A DNA stretch of 64,000 nucleotides from Balamuthia mandrillaris (lineage: Eukaryota). The notes under the pieces are model-generated. The model had not been told where the DNA came from, did not search any database, and was given only the letters and a program-made list of their open reading frames with translations. Position numbers and translations under genes: made by a program. This document shows positions 51,416-63,023 of this stretch, piece after piece; within the stretch, counting starts at the first letter, position 1, and each line of letters starts with the position of its first letter. The stretch spans positions 1 to 64,000 of the forward strand of contig JAVKOQ020000111.1 in NCBI GenBank assembly GCA_031835245.2, read 5' to 3'.

Positions 51416-51577
51416 CCCTCTCCCCCCTCTCCCCCCTGCTTTTCTTGAGGAGGAAAAGTGAAAAAAAAAAGGGCGGGAAAAATCGCACCGCCGCGTCAGC
51501 AAGAGAAGACAGAAGAAAAGGGAGGGCAACACCAAGTACAGTACCAACGAAGTGACGAAAGCAGATTCATCAAGTTA

Positions 51578-51885
51578 TGGCTAGCGCGGTGGACAAGGTT
51601 TTGGAGGACCACCCCATCATCCTCTATTTTGTGGTCGCCATTGTTTTGATACATGTGATCGCACTCATATCCTTTTTCACGCAACGCAATCCAGATCCGA
51701 TTGTTTGTCATCTTTCTCGCTTTCGCTCTCTTTCTTTCTTGCTTCCTTTCTTGTCGTGTCTTTTGTTCCTTCACTCCAACTCACGCTTATTGGGTCTGGA
51801 GTATTGCAACAGAGCAACGGGCTAGGAACCGCCGGAAGTTGCAGTGAGCTACAAGTGAACGCGCGCCCCTTCCACTTCCTGTGAA
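51578..51885 (+). CDS. Small single-pass membrane protein (hypothetical)
   Basis: MASAVDKVLEDHPIILYFVVAIVLIHVIAL; 3' structure unresolved. Confidence 0.35.
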
Positions 51886-52064
51886 GGAGTTCCACGGCCT
51901 CGTTTTCATGAATGAACAGCAGCAAGGGCAAGCCATGCTAACCAAAAAAGAGTACAGCGTAAAGGGGCATAAAAAGGGGCTTCACACTTTGAAACAGCTT
52001 TTTATTTATGTACACCATCGTTATGCACTCGTTCGTTCTATGTCTTCTCTCTCATATTCTCTCG

Positions 52065-52614
52065 CTATGAAGAGGTAGCGCCACGCAACTCCACCAGGCC
52101 TTTCATCTGCTCCAGCGCAACGTTGCGCAGGTATAAGTGCTTGGAGAAGAAGGTCATGAGGTCTCGCCCCTCCACCTCGCTGTTTGGCATCTGATGTCCC
52201 TTTCCTGGATACTCTCTCCACACCAAGCCGTTCCATTCCTCTTCCTTCTCGCTCTTCGTTCCTTCTGCTCGTTGCTGTGGATAAAACGTGTTGCGCAACA
52301 GCCTCACTTTCTCTCTTGCTTTGGCGATGGGGTGCATTTCGTCATCTTTGCCGTGAGTGATCAGCATGGGCGACATCGGCACTTCTTTTCTCTCTGCTAT
52401 TCTGGCGGGGGAGGGGTAGTCCTCCACGTTGCGCCAGTGCAGCAGCTCCGGTTCCATGAGTTGTTCCTCCAAAAGGGAGTCGGAGATGGCCACCACCCCT
52501 CCCAATAGTCTACCCTTCTCCAGATGTCCGTGTTGTTGCTGGTTGGAATAGTGACACAATGCAAGGTTCACTGCCACCACTGCTCCCTGCATTATAACGA
52601 TAAGGACAAAAAAG

Positions 52615-52654
<40 letters not shown>

Positions 52655-53458
52655 CGAAAGAGAGCAGAGAACCTGTGAGAAGCCAAGCAAGAATATTCGA
52701 TTAAAGGGCCAACCGTATTTGTTGTGAAGAACTCGCAGCACCAGCGTTAACTCACAAACGCTATCCAGCAGTCCATTCCACCGCCTACGGTTAGCATCTT
52801 GCATTGGTTTTATCGCTTTTTGTGTGTTGGTGGTCGTTTTTGTGAGCGAGTTTGAGTTGAGTGTGTCTTCACGAGAAAAAGAAAAAAACAGCACGGGGGG
52901 ATACATACGCGTGCCATCATCCTCGAAGTAGGGGTACCAGGCATGGCCACAGTCAAGAGGAAGGGCCAGCGGGGCCGTGAGTGCCAGTGCACAGGTCTGC
53001 GGGAGGCTCATCGTTTCCGCCAGGCCAGCGAACTTGGTGTGGTCGTCCCCAAGGCCATGGAAGAGCAGCAACAGGTTTTCGTTCTGGCCGTCCTTGCTTG
53101 GCACCCACTGAAACTGTGGAAACACGTTCGGGAAGTCCTCTTTTCGTGGCACCTGCTTTCTCTTTTCTCGCCAGTAGTCCGCTGTGCAAAGCTGCGGCGG
53201 CACTGCATGCGCAGCCGCGGCGGAAGATGATGATGATGATTTGGTGGGGTCGATGACGTTTTTGGGAGGGGGCGGCGCCACGGGCGAGTCAGGCGGCTTG
53301 CATGAGGCTTTGTGCGCTGGCCACGCTTTCTTTTGGCACTCTTGGTCGCAGTACCAGGCCTGCTTGCACCTGCCACAGCGCAGCAGGCGCTGCGCAGGCG
53401 GGCTGGCGCAGCAGAAGGAACAGCTGTTGGCGGTGGCTCGCCCTGCCGCTCTCTCCAT
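52065..53458 (-). CDS. MYND zinc finger plus phospholipase/carboxylesterase (acyl-protein thioesterase-like alpha/beta hydrolase)
   Basis: CSFC...RCGRCKQAWYCDQECQKKAWPAHKASC; LLFHGLGD, spliced GFSQ/GA nucleophile, THGKDDE, GKGHQM. Confidence 0.88.
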
Positions 53459-53670
53459 CCCAAAATGGCCGAATATTTTTTTTTTGAATTCCGCAAATTT
53501 TTTGTATTATTAAAATATTCCAGGAAACCAATTTTTTTTGAATTTTAAAAACTTGCTGAAATAGAAAAAATAAAGAAGAAGAAGAAGAAGAAGCAGATTT
53601 TTTGTTCTTCTTCTTCTTCTTCTTCCTCTTGTTCCTCTTCTTTAAACACTTGCACCGAACCATCCACACA

Positions 53671-55457
53671 ATGTGCGAGTACGTGAAGGAGTTTGCTGGC
53701 ACAGAGGACGAGGGGTACGATGCCGCGGTGACAGCTTTGATAGACCACGTCAAACGGGACAGCGGCGAGTTTCAACCCTCTGAGCTGTATTCCCGGCTGG
53801 AGGACCGCAAGTTCGTGGACCAAAGCCAACGCCGCTCCCTCTTCAAGACCCTCGCCGACCCGGAGACCTTTCGCCTCTCTCAGCTCGTGGTGTCCGGCTG
53901 AACGCCGCCGACGGGCAGTTTTTCTACTTTCTGGTCAAGAACAACGTTACCCACATCAAGTATGGCCAAGGCGACTTCTTCTCAGCGCATGAGGACTACT
54001 TGAGCCTGACCACCAACATGCTGGAGGAGTACACGCTCTTGCTCTGTGCTGACGCCGACTGCGAGGGCGGAGAGACCATCTTCCACTTGAACAAGTTCTT
54101 CAAGCACGCCTCGCGCGCCTCCGTGACCCCCAAGCAAGCAGTTCTCTTCCGCAAGGACATAACCCATGAGGGTGCCCTTATCACTCGCGGTTACAAGGAG
54201 ATACTTACGTTCAACCTTTGGGCCACACGACGTGATCTTGGCGGCATCGTCGCCGTCACTTTCGAGGGTCACGAGGGCGTCTATGTCATGCCGAAAGCCA
54301 ACGTAATGAACCTGCCAAACAACAGCCTGGCTGGTCACATTCGGTTCAACGGGTTGGAGGAGCGGGCTATTGTCAACATCCACTTTGGTGGCGGGGAGGC
54401 CTCCGCCTCTTCTTCTTCTTGTCCTTCACCACTCACCTATGAGAGCTTCGAGATTGTTTACAGGGTCATCATGCGGATGTATGTGGATGTAGAGAAACTG
54501 GACTTGCAGCTGTTGGACTACTTCAACATCGAAGCAAAGAACGTGTTGTTGGACGTCAGCCCATCGCCTTCTGAGTTGGATGAGGATGCAGCAAAGCGGT
54601 GGTCTCCGTTGTATAAAGCCGAAGCCGCCAAATCGGCTATGCTCTCCCTGCAGGAGGACATCCTGCTGACTCCATCCCCCGAGGTCATGGAGTACATATG
54701 CCACACCTGCGTGGCCCCCAACCACCTGCCCTACCTTCCATTCCTCACCGTTTGGATTGAGGGCTTCTACAGCTACGGTGGAGGAATGGCTGACACGCCT
54801 GCCCTCAAGTTCTCCATGGAGCCCGTCTTTGCTGCTTTCAGCCAGGCCAACAACCTGTGGAAGTTCGTTCCGTTGGTGACCACGGGCACGCCCTTCTTCG
54901 ATTCAGCAGACACACCCTTTTGGAGTGTTTTCACGAACCACGGGAAGGAGCAAGTCCGCCAACAGTTGACACAGCCTAGACCAGTTCGATTGGTGGAGCA
55001 TTACTCGAAAACGGGTCCGGAAGAGGGCGGTGCCCTGGTTTTGGAGAGTGATGGGTGGCACTGGGAAGGACCCCGCGTTCATTACGGTTTGGAGGTGGCT
55101 TGCCCTGAGCTGACCACCAAGACCATCCTTGATCTCCTCCTGCTGCCCCCAACTGATCAGCACCTGCTGGAAGGCGTGCTTATGGGTGGGCTCTTTCCGG
55201 GCACCTCCTTCGAAGGCCCGCACTACAACCTGGACTGCGAGGGCAAGACCTACCTCACCGACACACACTTTGAGGCGGTGATCAACCACATCTCCAATGC
55301 TCGGTTCTTTGAGAAGCTTAAACAGAAGCTGGCCAAGAACGAGGTCTCCCTCAACTTTCCGCAACTGGGCCACTCTTTCGAACACAACTTTTGCAACGAG
55401 GATGTCTACGGACAGCTCTCGCTCTCCCTCATCTCTGGATTCGTTCGGATGGCCTAA
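53671..55457 (+). CDS. 2OG-Fe(II) oxygenase-domain protein, intronless, with a 1-nt frameshift near 53894
   Basis: RRSLFKTL..., then in another frame IKYGQGDFFSAHED (HxD), GGETIF, LFRKDITHEG (H), KEILTFNL. Confidence 0.7.
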
Positions 55458-55584
55458 CTCTCCTCGTAAAACACAGTTCCGGTATTTTATGAATTAATGT
55501 CGACGATAAGGTTAAATTTCAATGAAATCTCGCTCTAAAGGAGGAATTAACCTTTCTTCGTTTTCGGAGTTTTTGAAAATCTTA

Positions 55585-55632
55585 CGTGGGCCAATAGGGT
55601 GCGGCGACGTTGAAATACAGGATTGGTACACG
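55585..55632. promoter_or_regulatory. Two oppositely oriented ERSE-II-like elements upstream of BiP
   Basis: CGTGGGCCAAT (reverse complement ATTGG-C-CCACG, exact consensus) at 55585-55595; ATTGG-T-ACACG at 55622-55632. Confidence 0.6.
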
Positions 55633-55875
55633 TCTGCCCGGAGTTAACATACTTTTTTTGTTAATTATTTATAGGGTGACATCACAAACGGAAAAAAAAA
55701 AAGGACAAGGAAGAAAGTGAACAGGAAAGAAAGAAGGACAAGTCTAGCGGCCTTTACCTCTCTTTTTCTGTGTACTTTTTTATTTTAATTTTTCGTTATT
55801 TATTTATTCTTTTTTTTTTTTTGTTCGAATCCACACACCGCACAACACAACACACTTTTTTCACAACACAACAAC

Positions 55876-57882
55876 ATGAAAAGCCACTACGCGAAAGTAG
55901 CGGTCTTGGTACTGTTTTTGGGAGCGTTGGCGGTCTTCGCTCAGGAGACGGAAGAGGGGGAAGAACAGAAGGCCAGCGGAACCGTCATCGGTATTGACTT
56001 GGGTACCACCTACTCTTGTGTGGGTGTTTGGAAGAACGGACGAGTGGAAATCATTCCCAACGACCAAGGTAACCGTATCACACCCTCCTACGTGGCGTTC
56101 ACCGAGAATGGCGACCGTCTTGTCGGAGAGGCTGCCAAGAACCAGGCCACCCTCAACCCCGAGAACACCATCTTTGACGTCAAGCGTCTGATCGGAAGGA
56201 ACTTTGAGGACGCCTCTGTGCAGTCTGACATGAAGCTTCTCCCCTACAAGATTGTGAACAAGGGCGGCAAGCCTCACGTCTCCATTACCGTCAAGGGTGA
56301 GACCAAGGTCATGCCCCCTGAGGAGGTGTCTGCCATGATCCTCGCCAAGATGAAGGACGTTGCTGAGGCCTACCTCGGCAAGAAGGTGGCCGGTGCCGTT
56401 GTAACTGTTCCCGCCTATTTCAACGACGCTCAACGTCAGGCCACCAAGGACGCCGGCGCCATTGCTGGCTTGAAGGTGGAGCGTATCATCAACGAGCCTA
56501 CCGCCGCTGCCATTGCCTATGGCCTCAACGAGGACAAGAACAAGGAGAAGACCATCCTTGTGTTCGACTTGGGAGGTGGTACTTTTGACGTCTCCCTCTT
56601 GAGCATTGACGGAGGAGTGTTCGAGGTCATTGCTACCAACGGAGACACCCACTTGGGAGGAGAGGACTTTGATCAGAGGGTCATGGCCCACCTGCTCAAG
56701 CAGTTCAAGAAGAAGACTGGTCTGGACGCTGGCGGCGACAAGAGAGCCCTTCAGAAGCTCAGGCAGGAGGCTGAGAGAGCCAAGAGGACCCTCTCTACCG
56801 CCACCTCTGTCAACATTGAGATCGAGCCCTTCTTTGGCGGTGAGCCCCTTCAGGAGACCCTCACTCGCGCCCGTTTCGAGGACCTCAACTTGGACTTGTT
56901 CAAGAAGACCCTGAAGCCCGTGCAACAGGTCTTGGAGGACTCTGGACTTCAGAAGCACGAGATTGATGAGGTAGTACTTGTGGGTGGTTCCACTCGTATT
57001 CCTAAGGTTCAACAGCTCCTCAAGGACTTCTTCAACGGCAAGGAGCCCAGCCGCGGAGTTAACCCCGATGAGGCTGTCGCCTATGGCGCTGCCGTGCAAG
57101 GAGGCATCCTCAGCGGCGAGGAGGACACTGAAGCAATCGTTGTGTTGGACGTGACCCCTCTTAGCGTTGGTATTGAGACCGTTGGCGGAGTGATGACCAC
57201 CCTCGTGGAGCGTGGAACCCTCATCCCCACCAAGAAGAGCCAGACCTTCTCCACCTTCCAGGATAACCAGGACCGTGTCCTCATCCAAGTTTTCGAGGGT
57301 GAGCGTGCCATGACCAAAGACAACCACTTGTTGGGCAAGTTTGAGTTGGCTGGAATCCCTCCTGCTCCTCGTGGTGTGCCCCAGATCGAGGTCACTTTTG
57401 AGATTGACGTCAACTCTATCCTCCATGTGTCTGCCGTGGAGAAGGCCTCTGGCAAGGTTGAGTCCATCACCATCACCGCCGAGCAGGGCCGTCTCTCTGA
57501 GGAGGAGATCCAACGGCTAATCCGCGAGGCTGAGGAGGCCCGCGACGAGGACAAGAGGCTTAAGGACACCGTCACCGCCCGTAACAACTTGGAGAGCTAC
57601 GTCTACCAAGTGCGCAACACCATCAACGACGAGGAGAAGCTCGCCGGCAAGTTGGACGCCGACGACTTGGAGACCATCCAGACCGCCGTGAGCGAAGCCA
57701 TCGAGTGGTTGGATGATCACCTCCACGCCGACAAGGAGGACTACGAGGAGAAGCAGAAGGAAGTGGAGAATGTGATCAACCCCATCTTCACCAAGCTCTA
57801 CCAAGGAGCTGGTGGTGCTGGTGGTTTCCCTGGAGGCCCTGGCGGCTTTGCTGAGGATATGCCCAGCCATGACGAACTGTAA
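55876..57882 (+). CDS. BiP: ER Hsp70 chaperone BiP/GRP78, intronless
   Basis: Signal peptide, [28 protein letters not shown]-terminal HDEL. Confidence 0.98.
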   Translation: MKSHYAKVAVLVLFLGALAVFAQETEEGEEQKASGTVIGIDLGTTYSCVGVWKNGRVEIIPNDQGNRITPSYVAFTENGDRLVGEAAKNQATLNPENTIFDVKRLIGRNFEDASVQSDMKLLPYKIVNKGGKPHVSITVKGETKVMPPEEVSAMILAKMKDVAEAYLGKKVAGAVVTVPAYFNDAQRQATKDAGAIAGLKVERIINEPTAAAIAYGLNEDKNKEKTILVFDLGGGTFDVSLLSIDGGVFEVIATNGDTHLGGEDFDQRVMAHLLKQFKKKTGLDAGGDKRALQKLRQEAERAKRTLSTATSVNIEIEPFFGGEPLQETLTRARFEDLNLDLFKKTLKPVQQVLEDSGLQKHEIDEVVLVGGSTRIPKVQQLLKDFFNGKEPSRGVNPDEAVAYGAAVQGGILSGEEDTEAIVVLDVTPLSVGIETVGGVMTTLVERGTLIPTKKSQTFSTFQDNQDRVLIQVFEGERAMTKDNHLLGKFELAGIPPAPRGVPQIEVTFEIDVNSILHVSAVEKASGKVESITITAEQGRLSEEEIQRLIREAEEARDEDKRLKDTVTARNNLESYVYQVRNTINDEEKLAGKLDADDLETIQTAVSEAIEWLDDHLHADKEDYEEKQKEVENVINPIFTKLYQGAGGAGGFPGGPGGFAEDMPSHDEL

Positions 57883-58740
57883 ATTGTTTTTTTTCGACCC
57901 TTAAACTTCTTTCCTGTCTGCCTCTTCTTTCTTTTTCGTTCCCCGGTTCTGTTTTTGTTTTTTTAATTTATTGTGAAGAAAGATAAAGGACGCTTGACTT
58001 ATGAATGCCTCTCATCTCTCACCTCTTGTCTGAGTCTCACAGCTGGGGTTTTGAGGGCTTTTGTTTTCAAACAACAACCCCAACAGTTGATGATTGAAGT
58101 ATTGCTCCGTAGGATGCACTCCTCGATTACTTGCTGCATCACCTTATTGTTTGTCGCACGGACAGGTGGCCAATAGTTTGCAGAATGCTCATTGCCATAA
58201 GAGAAAACGCTCACCGAGGGGGGAAGAAGAAAAGCTGCCTAAACTAAAGGAGCAGTTTTTTTTTTCATCGCATGTTTTCCTGCTCCCTTCTTGTACACTT
58301 CAGTGCAACAGAGATTCAGCACTTCAATATGATCGTGTCGTCTTGAGAAACATTCATGACGACATGAATCAAGCCAGAGGGGGGGGGGCAACAGCTTTGG
58401 TGCGTGCGCGAGGAGAAGCGGAGAAAAAAAAGGGGAAAAGCGGCGGAAAAAAAGCAACCAGAAAAGAAAGAAGAGAAAGGCCTGCCGGCAGGAGAGCGGC
58501 AATAGATTGCCAAAAGCAGAAAACCACGGCCAAGGGGGGTGAGCTTGATGCTAGCACAGGAGCCACTATTTCATCTGTTGGAGAAGGGAGGAGTCGCTGA
58601 AATCATAGGAAGGACTAGCTCTCTGTAGTTATAGGCAATATTCATACGTTTTCACATATTTCATAGCTAGCTAGTGCGGTAACCCACTTGGTATTCGATT
58701 TCAGTGCTGTCTACTCTGTGGCAAAAAAGATAAATAAAGA

Positions 58741-59559
58741 ATGAGCCAAGGCCAAGGCCAAGGAAGAAAGAAGTTTCTCACCTCCGGTGCTCAGCTGTTC
58801 CAACCATGGACCACCCGTAACGGCATGACCGTCAAGCTTCGCTTCATGAAGGAGCTGGACATTGACGACATCATGATCATCCAAAGCGAGCGGTACCGAG
58901 TGGAGTACAGGGAGAGCAAGCAGGAGCTACGCGAGATGCTCGCCTTCTCCCCCAACTCCTGCTTCACCGTGGTCCAGATCCTGCCGCCCGCCACGCGAGG
59001 AAGCCGTCCTCAACGCACCCGCGCACGTCTGGCCCACCAACAAGAGCGCGTGCTGGGCTACACCGTGCTCTTTCCCTGGCGGCGTGACCTGGGCTTCCCT
59101 TGCAGCGAGGACGGCCTCGTGGCCTCCCTGGAGCAGAACGCGGAGGACGAGGACCAAGCGGAGGACAACGCGCTGAGGACCTCCATCAGGGAGGCAAACA
59201 ACAACAGACGGCGAGCCATGGCCACGGCCGAGGACCCCCTCCGCTTCTCCGACTGCGACGTTATGTTCCTCTACGACATGTGCTTGAGCCGCATTTGCAG
59301 GCGCACCGGCATAGGCCGTCGTTTGCACGCCCTTCACGTCTACGTTACCAGGGCCTTTGGCTTTCGGGAGATCCTCGCCATCGCCGTGCAGGGCTCCTTC
59401 GAAATGCGGCACCGCCACCTCGGCTGGCAGCTGCTCTCGGACGTGGCGCCAAAGGGATACGGCACGGAGGCCCGCCCCATGATATACCGCCTTAGCGACG
59501 AGGAGTTTCGTCCTGCCGTCAACCAACCCTACTATGAACGACAAAGGGCTGCTCTTTGA
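58741..59559 (+). CDS. GNAT-fold acetyltransferase-like protein, intronless
   Basis: LRFMKELDIDDIMIIQ, VLGYTVLFPW, FLYDMCLSRICRRTGIGRRL (motif A RxxGxG), LAIAVQGS. Confidence 0.7.
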   Translation: MSQGQGQGRKKFLTSGAQLFQPWTTRNGMTVKLRFMKELDIDDIMIIQSERYRVEYRESKQELREMLAFSPNSCFTVVQILPPATRGSRPQRTRARLAHQQERVLGYTVLFPWRRDLGFPCSEDGLVASLEQNAEDEDQAEDNALRTSIREANNNRRRAMATAEDPLRFSDCDVMFLYDMCLSRICRRTGIGRRLHALHVYVTRAFGFREILAIAVQGSFEMRHRHLGWQLLSDVAPKGYGTEARPMIYRLSDEEFRPAVNQPYYERQRAAL

Positions 59560-59754
59560 TCAGAGTTGCTTTTGTTTTTCTTCCTTCGCATTTTCTCTTC
59601 TTGTTCTTATCCTTTTTCTTCTTGTGTTCTTCCTCTGTGCTCCTTCACTTTCTCTTCTCTGTTGTTGATATACCTGTGATTGTGCGAATAATGTTTTTGT
59701 TTTTTGTACTTGGGTCTTTGTTTGTTGTCTCGCGTTTACATGCAGCGGCAATGG

Positions 59755-61510
59755 TTATGGACCATAACTTACGTCGTTATCCTCGAAGGGCTCCTCTGGT
59801 GTTCGTCTCTTTCGGGACGATGACACCGCAGAGGCGTTGTTTGTTGGCACGTCCCCTTCTTGTTGATGTTCTTCCTCTTGTTGGCTGTAAGAGCCGCTGG
59901 CTTGGTGTGCACTGATAGTATCCTCCGTTCTAACAGAACGAATGCCATCCGTGACTACCACAAACGGCACGGTCTTGGCCTGCATGGATGGACATTTGAG
60001 GAGATGAGCATGTCGATGGCCGTCCTGCCAGTACAGGATAATGCGGTTGGTGCAACTGTGGCCCCAACTCTCGCCCAAGGCTGGCACCAGCTGTCCTTTG
60101 TTGCCAGTAAGAGTGGACGCCGTTATCTTGGTTGTGACTTGATTGATAAGCACCACCTTTGTTTGATGTAGTTGTTAGTTAACATGGCACCATGATGGCA
60201 GTGGTGAAGGGCGACAAACGCACCGCGACTTTGTATTGTTCGGCAATGGCGGTCAGGCTTTGAGCCATGTTGTTCAACAAACGGGTTCGGAGGAGGTAGT
60301 CCTCAAAGTCGTGCCGAAAGTGGAACGCCACGCTATCTAGTACTATTAGCTTTACCTGTTGAAGAGTGTAAAAAGTTAGAATAAGGAGAAATCGAGAACA
60401 GGAGAGAGAGGTGAGTTACTTCAGGATGCGCATCAAGGAATGCTGGTAGAACGTTGCACAGGGCTAGTTGTTCGATGTAGTCATGGACTCTGTACAAATG
60501 AACATTGGAAAGGATTCTTTGCATGCTTAGCGCTTCTAAAGCCTGTTTTCGCTCTGCGTTCTCTTCCGCCAACGTTCCAAGCCAGCGCAACATGGCATCA
60601 GCCATCTGAACCAAACGCTCTATCACAAAACTACCCTCCGTATCTGGTACAAAGCAAGAGTGACAATGACATTATCTCACTGGACATAATTGAAGAGCGG
60701 GGAAAAGAAAGATAAAAAACCAATATAAACACAAGCGCCTCCAGGCCCGCCAAACTCTTTTGGTATCTGAACAGAGGCAGCCAATTGCATTCTTTAACAA
60801 AAATGGTATGGTAACAGAGAGTGAGTTAAAGAAATGGAGTCCCTCGTGAACGAAGGCTGGAAGATTATGTTACCCCATTTGAGTCTTGCCTATGCCTGGT
60901 ACACCGCCTATTTTTAAAGTTCATAGGAGAGGCAACTAACATTAGTATGCTTGGATGAAAGCTGCAACGAAACAAAGAGAAAGGAAGAAAGGAAGAAACG
61001 ACAAGAAAGAACCACATACAAAACTCTGTGAGTTGGGAAGTAGGGACGCCCTGCCCTAACATCAAGTCAATGTCCTCACAAAGGGTGAATATGGACTGCC
61101 GCTCAGCCTCATTGAGAAGCTCTAACGCCGTCTTGCCTTGACAGCGCGAGGAGGAGAACGATGAGGTAGAGCGAGCGGAACTTGGGGCAGACGTCGAGGC
61201 AGAAGAAGAAGAAGAAGCTGCTGGGGAGCCTGCCACACCTGCCGAGTTGTCCTTTATCGTACGCAGAATGCTCAGTGCATCCTCATTGCTTACTTTCAAC
61301 TCTAAGAAACAAACACAAACGAGAAAAAAAAGATCAGAAGAAAAGAAAATCAAAGTAGCAAACAACCAAAACAATCGAACCGGTGGCCAGGTCCAAAGGT
61401 CTGAGCCCATCAAAGTCGCTGACGGTGGTGAAACCCGCGGCAACGATCTTGTTCTTCAACGAAGGCGGAAAAGGGAAAGTGGTGATATCCCGTCCACCAG
61501 GAGTCAACAT
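59755..61510 (-). CDS. RAD51C: RAD51 paralog C, multi-exon
   Basis: TALELL...IFTLCEDIDLMLGQGVPTSQLTEFC/GVPGIGKTQM, SVQIPKEFGG, VYIDTEGSF, DSVAFHFRHDFED, VLINQVTT, VPALGESWGHSCTNR. Confidence 0.92.
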
Positions 61511-61886
61511 AAACGCGGCGCTACCCTTGCTATCTTTCTTCTTCAACTTTTGGTTGACTTCTTCCCGAGTTTTTTTAATTTCCACAAAAAATTTCCAGGA
61601 AAAATTTCAATCAAAACTTTAATGTAGCGATCAGGAATCGAACCCAAGGAACTTTAATAGATCGCAGATCGCAATTCATCCAAAAGATCGAATGAAAAAA
61701 TTGCAACGAACGCGAAGAAGAAGGAAAAATAGCAGAACCAAAGTATTAAACTCAAAAAAAGTAGTGGAAAGAAGAGGAAAAAAAAAAAACGTAACCCCTT
61801 GCTTTGCCCCTGCTACCTTTTTTTTTTAATACTTTTGAAACAACAAAGAAAACCACACCACAGCAAAACAACACAAACAAACAGAG

Positions 61887-62822
61887 ATGGAGGGGAGTAC
61901 TGCTCAGCCTGAACAACAACAACAACAACCACAGGAGGAACAGCAGCTGACGGAGGAGCAGCTGGCCTACCAGCAGAGGTTCGACAAAGCGGTGGACAAC
62001 CTGTTTGCCTTGGAGAAGGCGGAGGACTGGCAGTTCCTCAAGGAAAACAGAGGCGTCAAGATCAGCAAAAAAGTCGTCCCTGGGAGCCCTGTACGTTTGT
62101 TTTCGTTCCCCTTCAAGCCCTGCATTTTTTTTTGGCTAACGAATTCGTTGTTTATTTTTGTTTTTTTGGGAAAGGCTTCTCTGATGAGAGGCGAGAAGCT
62201 CATGGACTGTAGTGTGGAGGAGTTGAAGGCCATTCTCAGGGCTGTGGAAAGGCGGAAAGAATGGGATCCTCTCACTGCATCCTGCAAGAAGGTCAAGCAA
62301 GTCACTGACCTCTCTGCTATTGCCTACATTCAGTTTGTCACCAGTTGGCCTGGTTTGGCTTCTCCCCTCTTTTTCCTTTTCCTCGTTCTCTTCCTCTCGT
62401 CTTCTCTCTTCTCTCTCTCCCTCCCTCTCTCTCTCTCTCTCTCACTCTCTCGATGTAACGCTTTCTTATCTCGTCTTTCTCTCATTTCGAACATAGTATC
62501 CGTCCGTGATCTTTGCTACTATGCTTCATTCCGTACTTTGGAGGACGGAACCTTGGTCTTTGCCGCCTTCTCCGTGGAGGACAAGGCCTGCCCTCCCGTC
62601 TCCAGCAACGTGCGCGCTGACCTCTTGGCCAGCGGCTTCATCATCCGCCCATTGCAGGACCAAGAGGGCAAGTGTCATGTGACCTATCTCATCCAAGTGG
62701 ATCTCAAAGGCTGGTTGCCGGGGTGGATCACCAACCTAGTCGGCGAGGAGGCCCCCTTGGTCTTGGACCGAATCCAACTGACCATCGACCGTGATAGAGC
62801 TGGCATTCAAGTCTCCCAATAA
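61887..62822 (+). CDS. START-domain lipid-binding protein
   Basis: RKEWD, VSVRDLCY, VRADLLASGFIIRP, CHVTYLIQVDLKGWLPGWITN; two introns. Confidence 0.88.
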   Translation: MEGSTAQPEQQQQQPQEEQQLTEEQLAYQQRFDKAVDNLFALEKAEDWQFLKENRGVKISKKVVPGSPVRLFSFPFKPCIFFWLTNSLFIFVFLGKASLMRGEKLMDCSVEELKAILRAVERRKEWDPLTASCKKVKQVTDLSAIAYIQFVTSWPGLASPLFFLFLVLFLSSSLFSLSLPLSLSLSLSRCNAFLSRLSLISNIVSVRDLCYYASFRTLEDGTLVFAAFSVEDKACPPVSSNVRADLLASGFIIRPLQDQEGKCHVTYLIQVDLKGWLPGWITNLVGEEAPLVLDRIQLTIDRDRAGIQVSQ

Positions 62823-62830
62823 GCGACCTC

Positions 62831-62864
<34 letters not shown>

Positions 62865-63023
62865 TTCATTTGACCATAACCTTACCTAGAGCAAAGTTTT
62901 ATTTATTTATTCAAGTCCTCTCTCTCTCTCTCTCTCTCTCTCGCTCTCTCTTCTCCCACCTCTTTTGTTGTTAACTTTTATACAGGAAACAAAGTGAAAG
63001 ACAAAGCGAAGGGTGGATTTCTT

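Noticed and set aside
55861..57513. 550-aa antisense ORF opposite BiP
   Set aside because: Long antisense ORFs are a known by-product of Hsp70 codon usage; no independent support
57973..58600. Short ORFs between BiP and the GNAT gene
   Set aside because: No recognisable domains or consistent exon chain found by eye
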